NCBI GenBank assembly: GCA_963751645.1
Contig: CAVVVD010000008.1
Location: 85,914-149,913 of the forward strand
Reading direction: 5' to 3'
Length of the DNA: 64,000 nt
From: Methanomassiliicoccaceae archaeon
GTDB lineage: Archaea; Thermoplasmatota; Thermoplasmata; Methanomassiliicoccales; UBA472
A model generated the notes under the pieces. That model was given only the letters and a program-made list of their open reading frames with translations, made no database searches and was not told the origin of the DNA. Position numbers and translations under genes: made by a program. Positions 29,975 to 41,328 of this stretch are shown here, one piece after another; the first letter of the stretch is position 1; each line of letters begins with the position of its first letter.

Positions 29975-30385
29975 ATGAAGGTGATACCATTGACGTATTC
30001 CGTGGAGAAGACCGATGATGAATGGCGCAAGACCCTGACCACTGAGCAATATCGCATCCTCAGGAAGAAAGGGACGGAGTTCGCCTTCCGTAACGCCTAT
30101 TGGGACAATCATCGGAAAGGGACCTACGTGTGCGCGGGATGCGCCAACGAGCTGTTCCCATCTGAAAAGAAGTTCGAATCGGGGACCGGGTGGCCAAGCT
30201 TTTGGGAGGCGATCGGACCAGGTGCGGTGGAGACCGAGACGGACCGCAGCCAAGGAATGGTGAGGACCGAGGTGCGATGCGCGCGATGCGGTGGTCATCT
30301 GGGGCATCTCTTCGAGGACGGTCCTGCTCCGACCGGCCTCAGGTACTGCATGAACTCTGGTTCGTTGAGCTTCATAGAGAAATGA
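29975..30385 (+). CDS. msrB: peptide-methionine (R)-S-oxide reductase
   Basis: It contains '[28 protein letters not shown]' and '[24 protein letters not shown]'. I prefer the ATG at 29975 over the upstream GTG. Confidence 0.9.
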   Translation: MKVIPLTYSVEKTDDEWRKTLTTEQYRILRKKGTEFAFRNAYWDNHRKGTYVCAGCANELFPSEKKFESGTGWPSFWEAIGPGAVETETDRSQGMVRTEVRCARCGGHLGHLFEDGPAPTGLRYCMNSGSLSFIEK

Positions 30386-30576
30386 GCGGTCGGTCCGATT
30401 CACTTATTTTTGGAGGAATAAGCCGCCAACTAGGGCGAAATCGTGTCATGCTATGACATGCCAGTAGGGCTTCAAGCACCGGTTCTGCACAATTCGCAGT
30501 ATTAATTTCAAATACTACATTCGTCTTTCAATATGTTTCATGGGTGAAGTAGCCACCCAGAGGGCGATAACCGAAA

Positions 30577-30999
30577 ATGTATAGTATGAGTCCGAACACG
30601 GGTAAATTGCTTACCGATGAAGAGACGATCGAACGCTTCAGAACCAGCAAAGAGTGGGGCTTGCTAACCTCAATGGACCTGCGCCAGTGCGATCCGGAGA
30701 AGATCCGGAGCAAGGAGACCATTGGACAGTTCGCCATCGACCTTTGTGAGTATATCGACATGAAGAGGTTCGGGGAACCGATCGTCGTCAGATTCGGTGC
30801 CGACCCGCGGGTGCAGGGATATTCCTTGGCCCAATTGATCGAGACATCCATGATCTCCGGCCATTTCGCCGAGGACACGGACCGCGCATTCATCGACGTC
30901 TTCAGCTGCAAGGAGTACCCACCAAAGAAGGTGGCAGAGTTCTGTGCAAAGTACTTTGGCGCAAAGGATGTCGAGTATTCAGTCTCGTTCAGGACCTAA
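30577..30999 (+). CDS. pyruvoyl-dependent S-adenosylmethionine decarboxylase-related proenzyme
   Basis: 'LIETSMISGHF' corresponds to the E-S self-cleavage motif. 'IDVFSCKEY' corresponds to 'VDVFTCGEH' of archaeal SpeH. Substrate (AdoMet or arginine) cannot be told by eye. Confidence 0.65.
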   Translation: MYSMSPNTGKLLTDEETIERFRTSKEWGLLTSMDLRQCDPEKIRSKETIGQFAIDLCEYIDMKRFGEPIVVRFGADPRVQGYSLAQLIETSMISGHFAEDTDRAFIDVFSCKEYPPKKVAEFCAKYFGAKDVEYSVSFRT

Positions 31000-31449
31000 A
31001 CGAAACATTTTGGGCCGACCGGGAGGTCGGTCCTAGGAACTTATTATTTTCAAAATCAATGCAAATGCCGCACCCTTTTTCCTAATGATCGACCACCCCA
31101 CCCGTCTCACAATAGATCGAAGGACGTGTGGCAATGACCTTACCAGTCGCAAAAAGATAGAAAGGTTTAAAATGGAATGCGCCATTCGCCAGAACACAGG
31201 GGCCCATAGCTTAGCCTGGCTGGAGCGCCCGGCTGATAACCGGGAGGTCAAGAGTCCAAATCTCTTTGGGCCCACCATTTCCATCTGGCTCATTCACCAA
31301 AATGCCTTTCTGAGGGCATTTCACATTTCTTTGGTACTGGGCATAGATTTGCATCCCTTCCATCATGTCGGTCAGATCGAAGAGAAGCACTCGGTGATGT
31401 GGTTCATTCATTTTACAACTCATGCTAAAATTTAACAAAAACAATTTTT

Positions 31450-33457
31450 TCATTCTTTATCATTCGGCCTCAGACCCTCAGTGGTCTTCTCGTTCCTACA
31501 TATCTGCTTCCAGAACTCGATCCGTTCAATGGCCAGGGCGGTCTGGCTGGCGAAGGCGGCGATCAGTCGCTCCTGCTCCAACCTGATGATCGCCTCCTGC
31601 TCCTCGGGCTGGATGCCAATTACCCCTACGATCCCGTTCGGCGTTCGAAGAGGATAGTACCTCAACGCTGCCGAGGCCAGTGTGTCGGTGTCCTTTCCCG
31701 AGCTTATACCATTTTCATAGGTCCAATTGGCGGCGGTCATCTCCTTCTCGTCAAGGTTCAATCCACCGTTGGCATAGGCAACACTAAGCTGTTCCCTTTT
31801 AGGCAGGAGGTAGGCGGAACGGCAATTGCATGACCTCATGATGTGTCCGCTGACTGTCTCCAGCGCCACCTTCGTATCGTTGACGCTGGCAAGGTCCAAA
31901 CTCAGCGCATAAAGGGTCGAGGTGTAGTCATCCCGCCTCTGGGCGGCCATGGCATAGTCCTTCGCCCTGACCACTAGGAGGCTTATGACCACGCCCACGG
32001 TGAGGAACGCGGCGAAGGTGATGAGGTACTCCGTATCGCTGACCCGGAAGCTCAGGTCGAGGCGGGATGAAGAAGAAATCAAGACCAGGACGCTCACCCC
32101 CGCGGTGAAGATCGCGAACCACAGCCCCCATGTTATGGCGGCCACCACCACTCCGATCAGGTAGAGCATGACCAAGTTGGTCGATGAGATGTAAGGTTCG
32201 ACCAACACGGCTATGATGGTCAAGATCATGACCATCCACACCGTCAGGAAATAATGGTACTTGACCAGCGGCACCCTGGACCCTTCCTCGGGCTCCCCGG
32301 TTTCTTTCTCCGGTTTACCGAGACTGCTGATGATCAGAATGTCTATCGGCCCGGCTAGTCGCACGATCTGGTTGGCCACCGATCCGAAGACCAGCTCCTG
32401 CCATAAGGGACGGACGGGTCTGCCAACGATGATCCTGGTCACATTGTTCTTCTTGGCGAAGCGCACGACCTCCTCCGCGATGGCGACACCGAAGCTGGTG
32501 AAGGTCTTCGCCCCCATCTAGAGCCAGCTCCAATCCCCTCATGGCCTGCATCCTGTCCTTCCGGGACATGCGGTTGTGCGCCGGGGTTTCAACGTAAATG
32601 GCGTACCATTCCGCCTTGAGCTCGTCGGCCAGCCGACGTCCGGTCCGAATGAGCCGCTCGTTGAGGGTTTTGCTGTTACCGATGCATACCAGCAGTCTCT
32701 CTCCAGCTGGCCAGGGTCCCGGGATGGAGCGGGTCTGCATGTACTCCAGCATCTGTTCATCGATGTGCTCGGCGGCGCGTCGGAAGGTCATCTCCCGCAG
32801 TGCGATCAGATTGCCCTCGTTGAAGAATCGCTCAATGGCCACAGCCGCCTGGGCAGGGACGTAGACCTTGCCCTCCCTGAACCGTTGGATGAGCTCCATC
32901 GGGTGGCAGGTCCACGATCTTGATCTCGTCAGCTTCGTCCAGCACCGAATCGGGGATGGTCTCCTTGACCTTGATCCCAGAGATCTGTTCGACGGCATCG
33001 TTCATGCTCTCCAGATGCTGGATGTTGAGGGTGGTGTAGACGTCTATGCCGGCGGCAAGCAGCTCCTGTACGTCCTGGTACCGTTTGGTGTGACGGGAGC
33101 CGGGGGCATTGGTGTGCGCGAGCTCATCGACCAAGACCAGCTGTGGAGATCTGGCCAGCACGGCATCCAGGTCCACTCTTGCCGGGTTATCCCCCGGTAT
33201 GCGATCTCCGCTGAGGGATGGTCTCGAGACCGATCAAGCAGATCTTCGGTCTCCTTCCTTCCATGGGACTCGACGCAAGCGACCACCACATCCGTACCCT
33301 TCTTCGACTGATGCTGGGCATCCTCCAGCATGGTATAGGTCTTGCCCACCCCGGCCGAGTAACCAAGGAATACCTTCAGCTTCCCCTCGACTGCTTCTCG
33401 CTCCTCCGCCTCCACTTGTTTGAGCAGCTCGTCGGGGTTCGGTCGTACGTATTCCAC
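31450..33457 (-). pseudogene. kdpD: KdpD-type K+ sensor (KdpD-N + USP + TM + GAF) without a kinase domain, 3 frameshifts
   Basis: It contains 'GKLKVFLGYSAGVGKTYTML', 'LVLVDELAHTNAPGSRHTKRYQDVQELLAAGIDVYTTLNIQHLES', 'GKVYVPAQAAVAIERFF' and 'LLVCIGNSKT'. A TM block and a GAF-like end follow. It stops without HisKA/HATPase domains. The frame changes at about 33180, about 32900 and about 32520. Confidence 0.85.
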
Positions 33458-33460
33458 GTC

Positions 33461-35164
33461 TCATCCCCCCCGTATGAGGGACTCGACGATCGGTCCGAGA
33501 ACCAATGTAAGGAAAAAGCTCAGCGCCCCTATCAAGCACTACCACGCCGATCAGCCAGAAGATGAAGAGCGGAGTATGGGTGGGCAGGGTCCCGGGACTC
33601 ACCGGCACGGGCTTCTTCGATGCCAACGACCCGGCCAGGGCCAGGGTCAGGACCATACCGGGAACCGGCCGATGAGCATGGCGAGGGCCAGGATCGTGTT
33701 GTAGAACGGCGTGTTGTTGACAAGGCCGGCGAAGGCGCTGCCATTGTTGTTGGCGGCGGAGCTGAACGCGTAAAGGATCTCGGTGAACCCATGCGGGCCG
33801 GGATTGGAGACCGCCGACCTGCCCTCGGGAATCATGACCGCGATGGCCACACCGATCAGTATCGTGACGATGGGGATGAGGATGATGATCGTGCACAGTC
33901 TTCATCTCATAGGGGCCGATCTTCTTCCCCAGATAGTCGGGCATGCGGCCGATCATGAGGCCGGCCACGAACACCGCGATGATCACGAAGATCGAGCATA
34001 CCATACAGCCCGGACCCGACCCCCCGAACACCACCTCACCGAATTGGATCAGGAACAGGGGCGACATCCCCCCAGCGACGTATAGGAATCGTGCATGGAA
34101 TTCACCGCCCCACAGGATGTCGCCGTCGTCGAGACGGCGAAGAGGCTGGAGGGCACCACCCCGAACCTCACCTCCTTCCCCTCCATGTTCCTCCTGGCTG
34201 AATTGGGTGGCGATCTGGGATACCCCGATTTCGTCAAAGGTGGGGTTTCCGGTCTGTTCGGCCCAAATGGCAATGCCGATGAAGACGACGAAGATCATCA
34301 CCATCGCGATGAGCAGCGCGATCCCTGCCGCCGGTCGCGCACCATGTTCCCGAAGACCAAGCACAGGCCGACCGGGATCATCAGGATGGCCAGTATCTCC
34401 AACAGGTCGGTGAAGGGCGTAGGGTTCTCGAACGGATGGGCAGAGTTGGCGTTGAAGAATCCCCCACCGTTGGTGCCCAGTTCCTTGATCGCCTCCTGGG
34501 ACGCCACAGGTCCCACGGGAATGGTCTGTTCGGTGACGGTGAGACCATTGGAATCAGTCACTGGTTGAAGCAATTGCCCGGTGATCGGCCCATCCAACGT
34601 CTGGACCGCACCCTGGGAGACCAGGACCAGGGCCAGTATGAAACAGATGAACAGGATGAGAGTGGCCTTGGTGATATCCACCCAGAAGTTGCCGAGGTCC
34701 TTGGTCTTCCTCTCGCGGATGCCCCGGATCAGGGCCATCAGGACGGCAAGGCCGGTCGCCGCGGACAGGAAGTTCTGCACGGTGAGCCCGACCATCTGGG
34801 TGAAGTAGCTCAGGGTGGTCTCTCCGCCATAGGATTGCCAGTTGGTGTTGGTGACGAAGCTGACCGCGGTGTTGAAGGCCAGGTCCGGAGACACCGTCCC
34901 CTGGTCCTGGGGGTTGAAGGGCAGGTACTGGCTGGAGCATGATCACGCCCATAAGGAAGAGGATGCCGATGACGTTGAACAACAGAAGCGACAAGGCATA
35001 CATCTTCCAGTCCATCCCTTCGCCCTCCAGCTTGGCCGGACTATAGATGAACGCCTCGACTCCGACCATGGTCGGGCGATCCTTCCTGGTCTTTCGTCGT
35101 AGACGTCGTGAACAGCCTGCACGTACCAGGCGGCGATGATCAGGATGAAGAAGAAGAATGTCAT
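33461..35164 (-). pseudogene. kdpA: K+-transporting ATPase subunit KdpA, at least 8 frameshifts
   Basis: Segments match E. coli KdpA closely: '[41 protein letters not shown]', '[31 protein letters not shown]', '[30 protein letters not shown]', '[28 protein letters not shown]' and 'GTLPTH'. The pieces are distributed over two minus-strand frames. Confidence 0.9.
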
Positions 35165-35868
35165 GAAAGCCAGTCGTGGGTGGACATGCCAAGGACCCTG
35201 TCGTCGGCCGTTGGACTGTGCGGCTCGGCGGAGGTCCCGCCCCCTCCTTGAGCCTGTTCATCGTCCAGGGCCAGGTTCAGTCCAGCACATTGACGGTCTT
35301 CTCCCCTAGAATGCCGAATTGCCTGTCATCGGTGTTCTGGTCGATGAGATCGCGGACCTGGTCCTCGCTCATGTTCCTGCTCCCGCCACCCGGTGGCAGT
35401 TGATATATGGCGCTGGCCACACTGATGTCGGGGTCCAGGCCGCTTCCGGAGGCGGTGACCAGGTCGGAGGGTATTGGCTGGGTGTTGTTCGGATCCGCGG
35501 CGTGAAGTGCATCGATCCTGTGCTTGCACCATCTCGTCCAAGGCCGGATTGTTTGGCCCATAGTTCGTCCCGGTGGATAGGCTGGCATTGTATTGGAAGC
35601 CGGGAGTGGCGGAGGGCCGGCCCCAGAAGTAGCTCGGGTCGTTGAACGGTTGACCGATGAGCTCGGAGCCGACGACGGTCCCGTTGACGCTCGATTGGCT
35701 GCCGTTGGCCTGATGCGGGAAGAGCACCTGGGCCACGCCCGTAACCATTAGGGGATAGGCGAGACCGGTCACCAGAGCGAGGACGAGGAAGATGATCGAG
35801 GCCGGTCGAGCCTGTATCCTTAACGCTCTCCAAGACCGACCTGGTGAGGTCCGCTGATCGGTCCGCAT
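35161..35868 (-). pseudogene. kdpC: K+-transporting ATPase subunit KdpC, 2 frameshifts plus one compensated pair
   Basis: It contains 'GLAYPLMVTGVAQVLFPHQANGS', 'LIGQPFNDPSYFWGRPSAT', 'DLVTASGSGLDPDIS' and 'VNVLD/LNLALD'. The terminal TGA overlaps the kdpA ATG (ATGA). Confidence 0.8.
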
Positions 35869-35892
35869 CTTTCCTGATTCGGAAATGTCCTC

Positions 35893-38022
35893 TCAGGCCC
35901 CCACCCCCAATAGCGAACCAAGGCCATATCGATCAGCTTGATCCCGATGAACGGGACGATGAGACCACCCGAGGCCGTAGATGAGCAGATTGTTCCGTAG
36001 CGCCTCTGCGGCGGTCAGGGGCACGATACTTGACCCCTTTCAACGCCAGCGGGATGAGAGAACGATGATGATGGCGTTGAATATGACCGCGGAAAGTATG
36101 GCGGCCTGCAGGCCCATGAAGTTAAGGTCGCCCAGCGCCGGATAGTATGCTGGCGAATGCGGCGGGGATGATGGCGAAATACTTCGCCACGTCGTTCGTG
36201 ATGCTGAACGTAGTGAGAGCCCCTCTGGTCATGAGGAGCTGCTTTCCCGTCTCCACGATCTCTATCAGCTTCGTCGGGTTGCTGTCCAGGTCGATCATGT
36301 TGGCGGCCTCTCTGGCGGGCTGCGTTCCGCTGTTCATCGCCACCGCCACATCTGCCTGGGCCAATGCCGGTGCGTCATTCGTTCCGTCTCCGGTCATAGC
36401 CACCAACCGGCCCTCCGCCTGATACTGCCGGATGAGGCTCAGCTTGTTCTCTGGGGTGGCCTCGGCCAGATAATCGTCCACACCCGCCTCTGCCGCTATC
36501 GCCGCCGCGGTCAGCTTGTTGTCGCCCGTGATCATGACCGTCTTGATGCCCATGCGACGGAGCTGGGCGAACCTCTCCTTCATTCCGGGCTTTACGACGT
36601 CCTTGAGGTGGATGACCCCAACGGCCTTCGTAATTGAGCGCTATGACCAAGGGAGTGCCACCTGAACGGGCGATCCGGTCCACCTCATGGGCAAGCTTCT
36701 TCGGGATCTCGTTGCCCGAGGCTTTGACGTACCTAGATATGGCATCGGCGGCCCCCTTGCGGATGACCCGGTCCCCATAGTCCACCCCGCTCATCCTGGT
36801 CTGGGCGGTGAACGGAATGAAGCGCATCTCCGGATGCGCCTGTAGACCCGTTTCTCCATCCTTGATGCCATATTTCTCTGTCGCCAAGTTGACGATGCTA
36901 CGACCCTCCGGTGTCTCATCGGATAGGGACGACAGCAAGGCGAGCTCGGCGACGGTCTCCGCACTTTCCCCCTCGACCGGGATGATCTCGACCGCCTGGC
37001 GATTCCCCAGGGTGATGGTCCCGGTCTTATCCAGTAGCAGAACGTCCACGTCGCCGGCAGCCTCGATGGCCTGTCCAGAGAAGGTGATGACGTTCTTCTG
37101 GATGAGGCGGTCCATACCGGCGATGCCGATGGCACTGAGCAGACCCGCCGATGGTGGTGGGGGCCAGGCAGACCAACAAGGCGATGATGACGGTAAGTGT
37201 GATCGGGCTTCCCTGCCCGGTTATGAAGACGCTGTAGATGGAGAACGGGAGCAAGGTCGCACAGACAACGATGAAGATGATCGTCAGTCCTATCAGAAGG
37301 GTGTTCAGAGCGATCTCGTTGGGCGTCCTCTGTCGTTTGGCACCCTCGATCAACGAGATCATCTTGTCCAGAAAACCCTCTCCGGGATCGGATGATGCTT
37401 TGATAATCAACCAGTCCGATAATATGCGGGTCCCACCGGTCACCGCGCTGCGGTCCCCACCGGATTCCCTGACGACCGGAGCGCTCTCACCAGTGATGGC
37501 GCTCTCATCTACTGATGCCGCACCTACCACCACCTCACCGTCCACAGGGATGGAGTCCCCGGTTTGGCAGTAGAACAGGTCACCCTTGCGAAGCTCTGAG
37601 GAGGAGGTCATGAAGTAATCGGAATCAGCAGGCCTTGTCCCTTTAGTTATCACGAAGCCTTCATTCATCTTCCTGGCCTCGGTGGTCGTCCGCATATTCC
37701 GGAGGGCGTCTGCCTGGGCCTTCCCTCTGCCCTCTGCCAGAGCTTCGGAATAATTGGCGAAGATGACCGTGAACCAGAGCCAGATGGATATAAGACCGAT
37801 GGACAGAGCCGATTGCTCGCCCTGACCAAGGAGTGCCTGGAAGAACAACAGTGTGGTAATAGCGCTGCCCACCTCCACTGTGAACATCACTGGGTTCCTG
37901 ATGGTATGACGAGGATCCAACTTCCATATGGCTTGAGCCATGGCCCAACGTCTGATCCGCTTCTGTTCCTCCTTGTCGATAGACCGCGAGCGTTTCCTTG
38001 ATACCTTCTGCCCTTCTTCCAT
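35893..38022 (-). pseudogene. kdpB: K+-transporting P-type ATPase subunit KdpB, at least 6 frameshifts
   Basis: It contains 'GDSIPVDGEVVVGAASVDESAITGESAPV', 'DVLLLDKTGTITLGNRQ' (phosphorylation site DKTGT), '[21 protein letters not shown]', '[23 protein letters not shown]' and 'IPLALKGVKYR'. The exact 3' end is uncertain (TGA at 35893 after 'LGVGA'). Confidence 0.9.
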
Positions 38023-38766
38023 TGCCTCACCAGTGAATTAAGAGGCCCGATCTGGCTTTAAGCCGGACATCATAAATCACTTACCTCAGGATATATGTTC
38101 GTATTAAGAACTGTTAAACAATTAGATATTTGTACAAAATAGATTGATTATTTCGTCATTCGTAGCATATAAGACGTGAATATCACTTATTATTGGCAGG
38201 CAATGTCGATCAATAAAACGGATAAAGAATCCTAATGAGGAAAAAATTGCAAAGAACAAAGGAAGGACGTGCCATCACGACTGCCATCGAAGAGGCTTTT
38301 CTTGCGTCTTTCCAGTCATTTTCGTGTAACAAAATCACTTTGAGCCCACCACTTTTTCTGAATTAACACGAAAGGTCATTTTTCGGAACTGTCGTTATTT
38401 TTTATAATTCAGTCATCTTGTCTTGCCATTAGGTCATATCTGATCGCCTAGGTACAATGCGAGATACTATCGCGACATGATGATGCCTTCATGCACGATC
38501 ATCTCGGAGATCGTCTCGGAGGGCGTCATGAGCGCCCATTGCCTTCGCCTAAAGGTCCGTCTGAGCGTGTGGTTCGGAGGGCTCCTCTAGTTGTTTTCTC
38601 GGTCAGAAATCCTGATCCTTCCACCTGATATTGGTGGTGTTAAAATACAGTAAGGAAATTTCCTATCAAATCTAAAGTTAAGGTAATTCTTGTCTTACAG
38701 GCATAAATTTGATATAGTCCTCTTTATCAATTTTGAGGTATGACGATTTCATTGGGAAAAAACAAT

Positions 38767-38859
38767 ATGGCTAGGGTTGGAATACTTGGGGTGATAATCA
38801 TCATCATAATCGTTCTGGTGGTACTCGCTATTTTCGGAATTTTTGGGTTGCACCTGTGA
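38767..38859 (+). CDS. possible 30-aa hydrophobic micropeptide
   Basis: The peptide is MARVGILGVIIIIIIVLVVLAIFGIFGLHL. It lies in the AT-rich spacer. No homology or RBS could be assessed. Confidence 0.25.
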   Translation: MARVGILGVIIIIIIVLVVLAIFGIFGLHL

Positions 38860-38949
38860 AAAATTCGCTCACCAACCCCCATTTAGGATATGTGACAAAC
38901 ACAATATCCTCATATAGTAGGTTTAACAGAGCTAATAAAATGGGTTTCT

Positions 38950-39093
38950 ATGGCAATATCAATGAATTGGGGAGCTTTAGGACTATTGTCGGTCGTAGCC
39001 TTCTTAGTAGGCTGGTGGATATTCGGTTTGCTATGGGCGATTGTGATAGCCATTGTTGTATTAATTTTGATGGGGATTCTTAAATTTAAATAG
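38950..39093 (+). CDS. possible 47-aa two-TM micropeptide
   Basis: The peptide is MAISMNWGALGLLSVVAFLVGWWIFGLLWAIVIAIVVLILMGILKFK. It looks more protein-like than the two overlapping >=60-aa track ORFs. Confidence 0.3.
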   Translation: MAISMNWGALGLLSVVAFLVGWWIFGLLWAIVIAIVVLILMGILKFK

Positions 39094-39611
39094 AAAATGC
39101 CCATAGAGCTTGATATTGTCGGGGGTCAAAGTTTGTCCCAACATGGAATGAGTTCTTTCCCCTGAATTTTATTCAATGCCCCTTTCTTCATGGAACGATA
39201 AAGAATAGAAAAGGTTCTGCTTGGTTTCCAGTATCATTGCGACAGAAATTTTACGCGAAAGGGATCTTTATTTTTGATTAAGTCGGTCGCATTGTACCAA
39301 TCTCTTTGGGTCTACCATTCCATTGGCATAACTCATTTAGCACCGGTTGCGGTACAAGGATGATGCAGACTGATCTGGTCGCTTCCCGCGATCAAGTCAG
39401 TTTGGTATTGAGACAATCCAGAAGCTTAAGATAAATAACATATAATTGACACTTGAGCCAATTCAGCATTGACTAGGCAATATTTCGTTTCTTTTTCATT
39501 ACAATGGGTTTCTGTGGAACCAAGGAGTTCCTCTTGATTATTTGTCCTCTTATCAAGCTTCTACTTAGCTAAAACAATTAAAATGCGACTCTGATATGGC
39601 CTAGGCATAAC

Positions 39612-40496
39612 ATGGAACTGACCGGAGATATTTTGACGGAGATCATCGAGGTCGCCATCATCATTGTTATAGGTTTTATCGTCGCCCGGGTGCTATATTG
39701 GGTGATCAAGAAGAATGCATCCAAGTATGCCGGCGAAAGCACCGCCAAGACCATGGCCAATTTTGTCCAGTACCTCATCCTGATCATATTCTTTACCATA
39801 TCTCTGCTTTTCCTTTTCGGAGTGAACAGCACCACCATCGCCTTCATCGTTGGAGCCATCTCTTTCGCTCTCACCTTCGGTTTCCAGAACGTGATCCAGA
39901 ACGTTGTGGGCGGTGTGATAGTCGCCCTCGATGGGCGCATCCAGCTAGGTGACTGGGTCGAGGTGGGGGACACGCCGTACCAGACCGGACCAGCAGAAGT
40001 TCTTAACATTGGACTGACCTCGATAATTGTCCGGGAGTGTTCTGGAAGGGTGTATGTCATCCCGAGCTCATACCTCATCGTCCACAAGGCGCTGAACTAC
40101 TCGGATATTGGATGTTACAACATCAACGTCCCTATCACCCTTCCTTGGACCGAGGACACGGATCGGATGCGCGAACTCTTTCTGGAGGAAGCGAAACGCA
40201 ACCCACTGGTGTACCCCAATATCCGCCCTATCAGGAAGGAGAGCAGATTGAAGCGCTCGTCTAAGCATCGGACTAAGCTGGCTGATAAGGACGAGGTTGT
40301 TCTGGACTTCGAGGAGAGCAGATTCCTGCCTTCTGCGCACATCTTGCGCACCGAGGGAGACAAGCTCATCTATAACATCAGTCTGTGGACCGATACCCCC
40401 ATCAATACCATGACGGTCACAACCTCTTACCTTGTCCAGATTTCGAACCGCATGCGTCAGGAAGCGGTGAAGGAGACCCCGATCTTCAAGAAATGA
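39612..40496 (+). CDS. mscS: MscS-family small-conductance mechanosensitive channel
   Basis: It has three N-terminal TM helices, then 'FGFQNVIQNVVGGVIVALDGRIQLGDWVEVG' and the beta-domain 'GRVYVIPSSYL'. Confidence 0.85.
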   Translation: MELTGDILTEIIEVAIIIVIGFIVARVLYWVIKKNASKYAGESTAKTMANFVQYLILIIFFTISLLFLFGVNSTTIAFIVGAISFALTFGFQNVIQNVVGGVIVALDGRIQLGDWVEVGDTPYQTGPAEVLNIGLTSIIVRECSGRVYVIPSSYLIVHKALNYSDIGCYNINVPITLPWTEDTDRMRELFLEEAKRNPLVYPNIRPIRKESRLKRSSKHRTKLADKDEVVLDFEESRFLPSAHILRTEGDKLIYNISLWTDTPINTMTVTTSYLVQISNRMRQEAVKETPIFKK

Positions 40497-40663
40497 CATC
40501 TTCTTCTTGAATGAACCAGAGTTGTGGGTCTAATCCCTTTGGACCCAAGGCACGGCTGTCCTAGCTTGCCAGCTCCGTTCTCTGTGTTGGAGATTCAAAA
40601 ACCACTAGCTATAAGATGTCCAGAGATTAGGGCAGTTGAGATCTTCAAGAATTTCACGTATCA

Positions 40664-41167
40664 TCAATCGGACCATATGAAGCAGTGGTCACAGTGGTCG
40701 TCCCCCTGCATGATGGTCTTAGTCCTTCTCAGGGATAATCTAGGGTTGTGTGCCGAAAGCATCTGATGGTCCGCGTTGCAGCATACTAAATACCCTAGCT
40801 CGGTGTCACCCAGCCTTTGGAAGTGTTCGGCCCAAAGACAACGGCTCACCCTCATCTTCAGATGATGGTGGCCTTCCTCCACGATCTCCACCTCCTGCGT
40901 GGCAGAGAACAACGGTGATGACATAAGGTCCTTCCAGAAGGTTCTGAACTCATCGAAATCTTTTATCGGTATCCCCTTCAGTTGATTCAACGCCATCTCA
41001 CGACCCAAACGGTCCCCTGCTCGACCCGCCAGCTGCAATGACCTCTCCCTTCCCAGCTCCAGCTCGACCTCTTGGAACAGGATGACCATCAGTCTATGAA
41101 TGTCCTCAAGGTAGTCTTCGTAAAGCAGACATAACTTTCCCGGTCGTCCTTCGGATCCCTCGGCCAT
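40664..41167 (-). CDS. L-2-amino-thiazoline-4-carboxylic acid (ATC) hydrolase-like protein
   Basis: The C-terminal pattern 'RCLWAEHFQRLG..LGYLVCCNADHQML..NPRLSLRRTKTIMQGDDHCDHCF' is typical of that family. Confidence 0.55.
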   Translation of the reverse strand: MAEGSEGRPGKLCLLYEDYLEDIHRLMVILFQEVELELGRERSLQLAGRAGDRLGREMALNQLKGIPIKDFDEFRTFWKDLMSSPLFSATQEVEIVEEGHHHLKMRVSRCLWAEHFQRLGDTELGYLVCCNADHQMLSAHNPRLSLRRTKTIMQGDDHCDHCFIWSD

Positions 41168-41328
41168 CCACCCGCCTCCATAGGATATCCGACAATATGG
41201 ATGTAAATTTTACATATCTCCCGATCGTTTTTCACCTTAGGTCGTTTGTCGGACGAGAGCCCAGACACTGCCCCTCATTGAGTTAATTTGTTAAACCATC
41301 CCACCAATGACAGTGTTCGGAGGGGTAC

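Noticed and set aside
31033-31453. Overlapping ORFs (31085..31435 +, 31211..31453 -, 31033..31293 -) in the AT-rich region downstream of kdpD.
   Set aside because: No motif is recognisable. The minus-strand pieces might form one frameshifted ~140-aa gene ('MKKLFLLNFS..EIWTLDLPVI' followed by 'PCVLANGAFHFKPFYLFATGKVI'). I cannot support a call from the sequence alone.
38767-39093. The small hydrophobic ORFs as candidates for KdpF.
   Set aside because: They are on the plus strand, and the kdp genes are on the minus strand. They lie more than 700 nt from the kdpB start. I found no KdpF-like ORF on the minus strand upstream of kdpB or kdpA.
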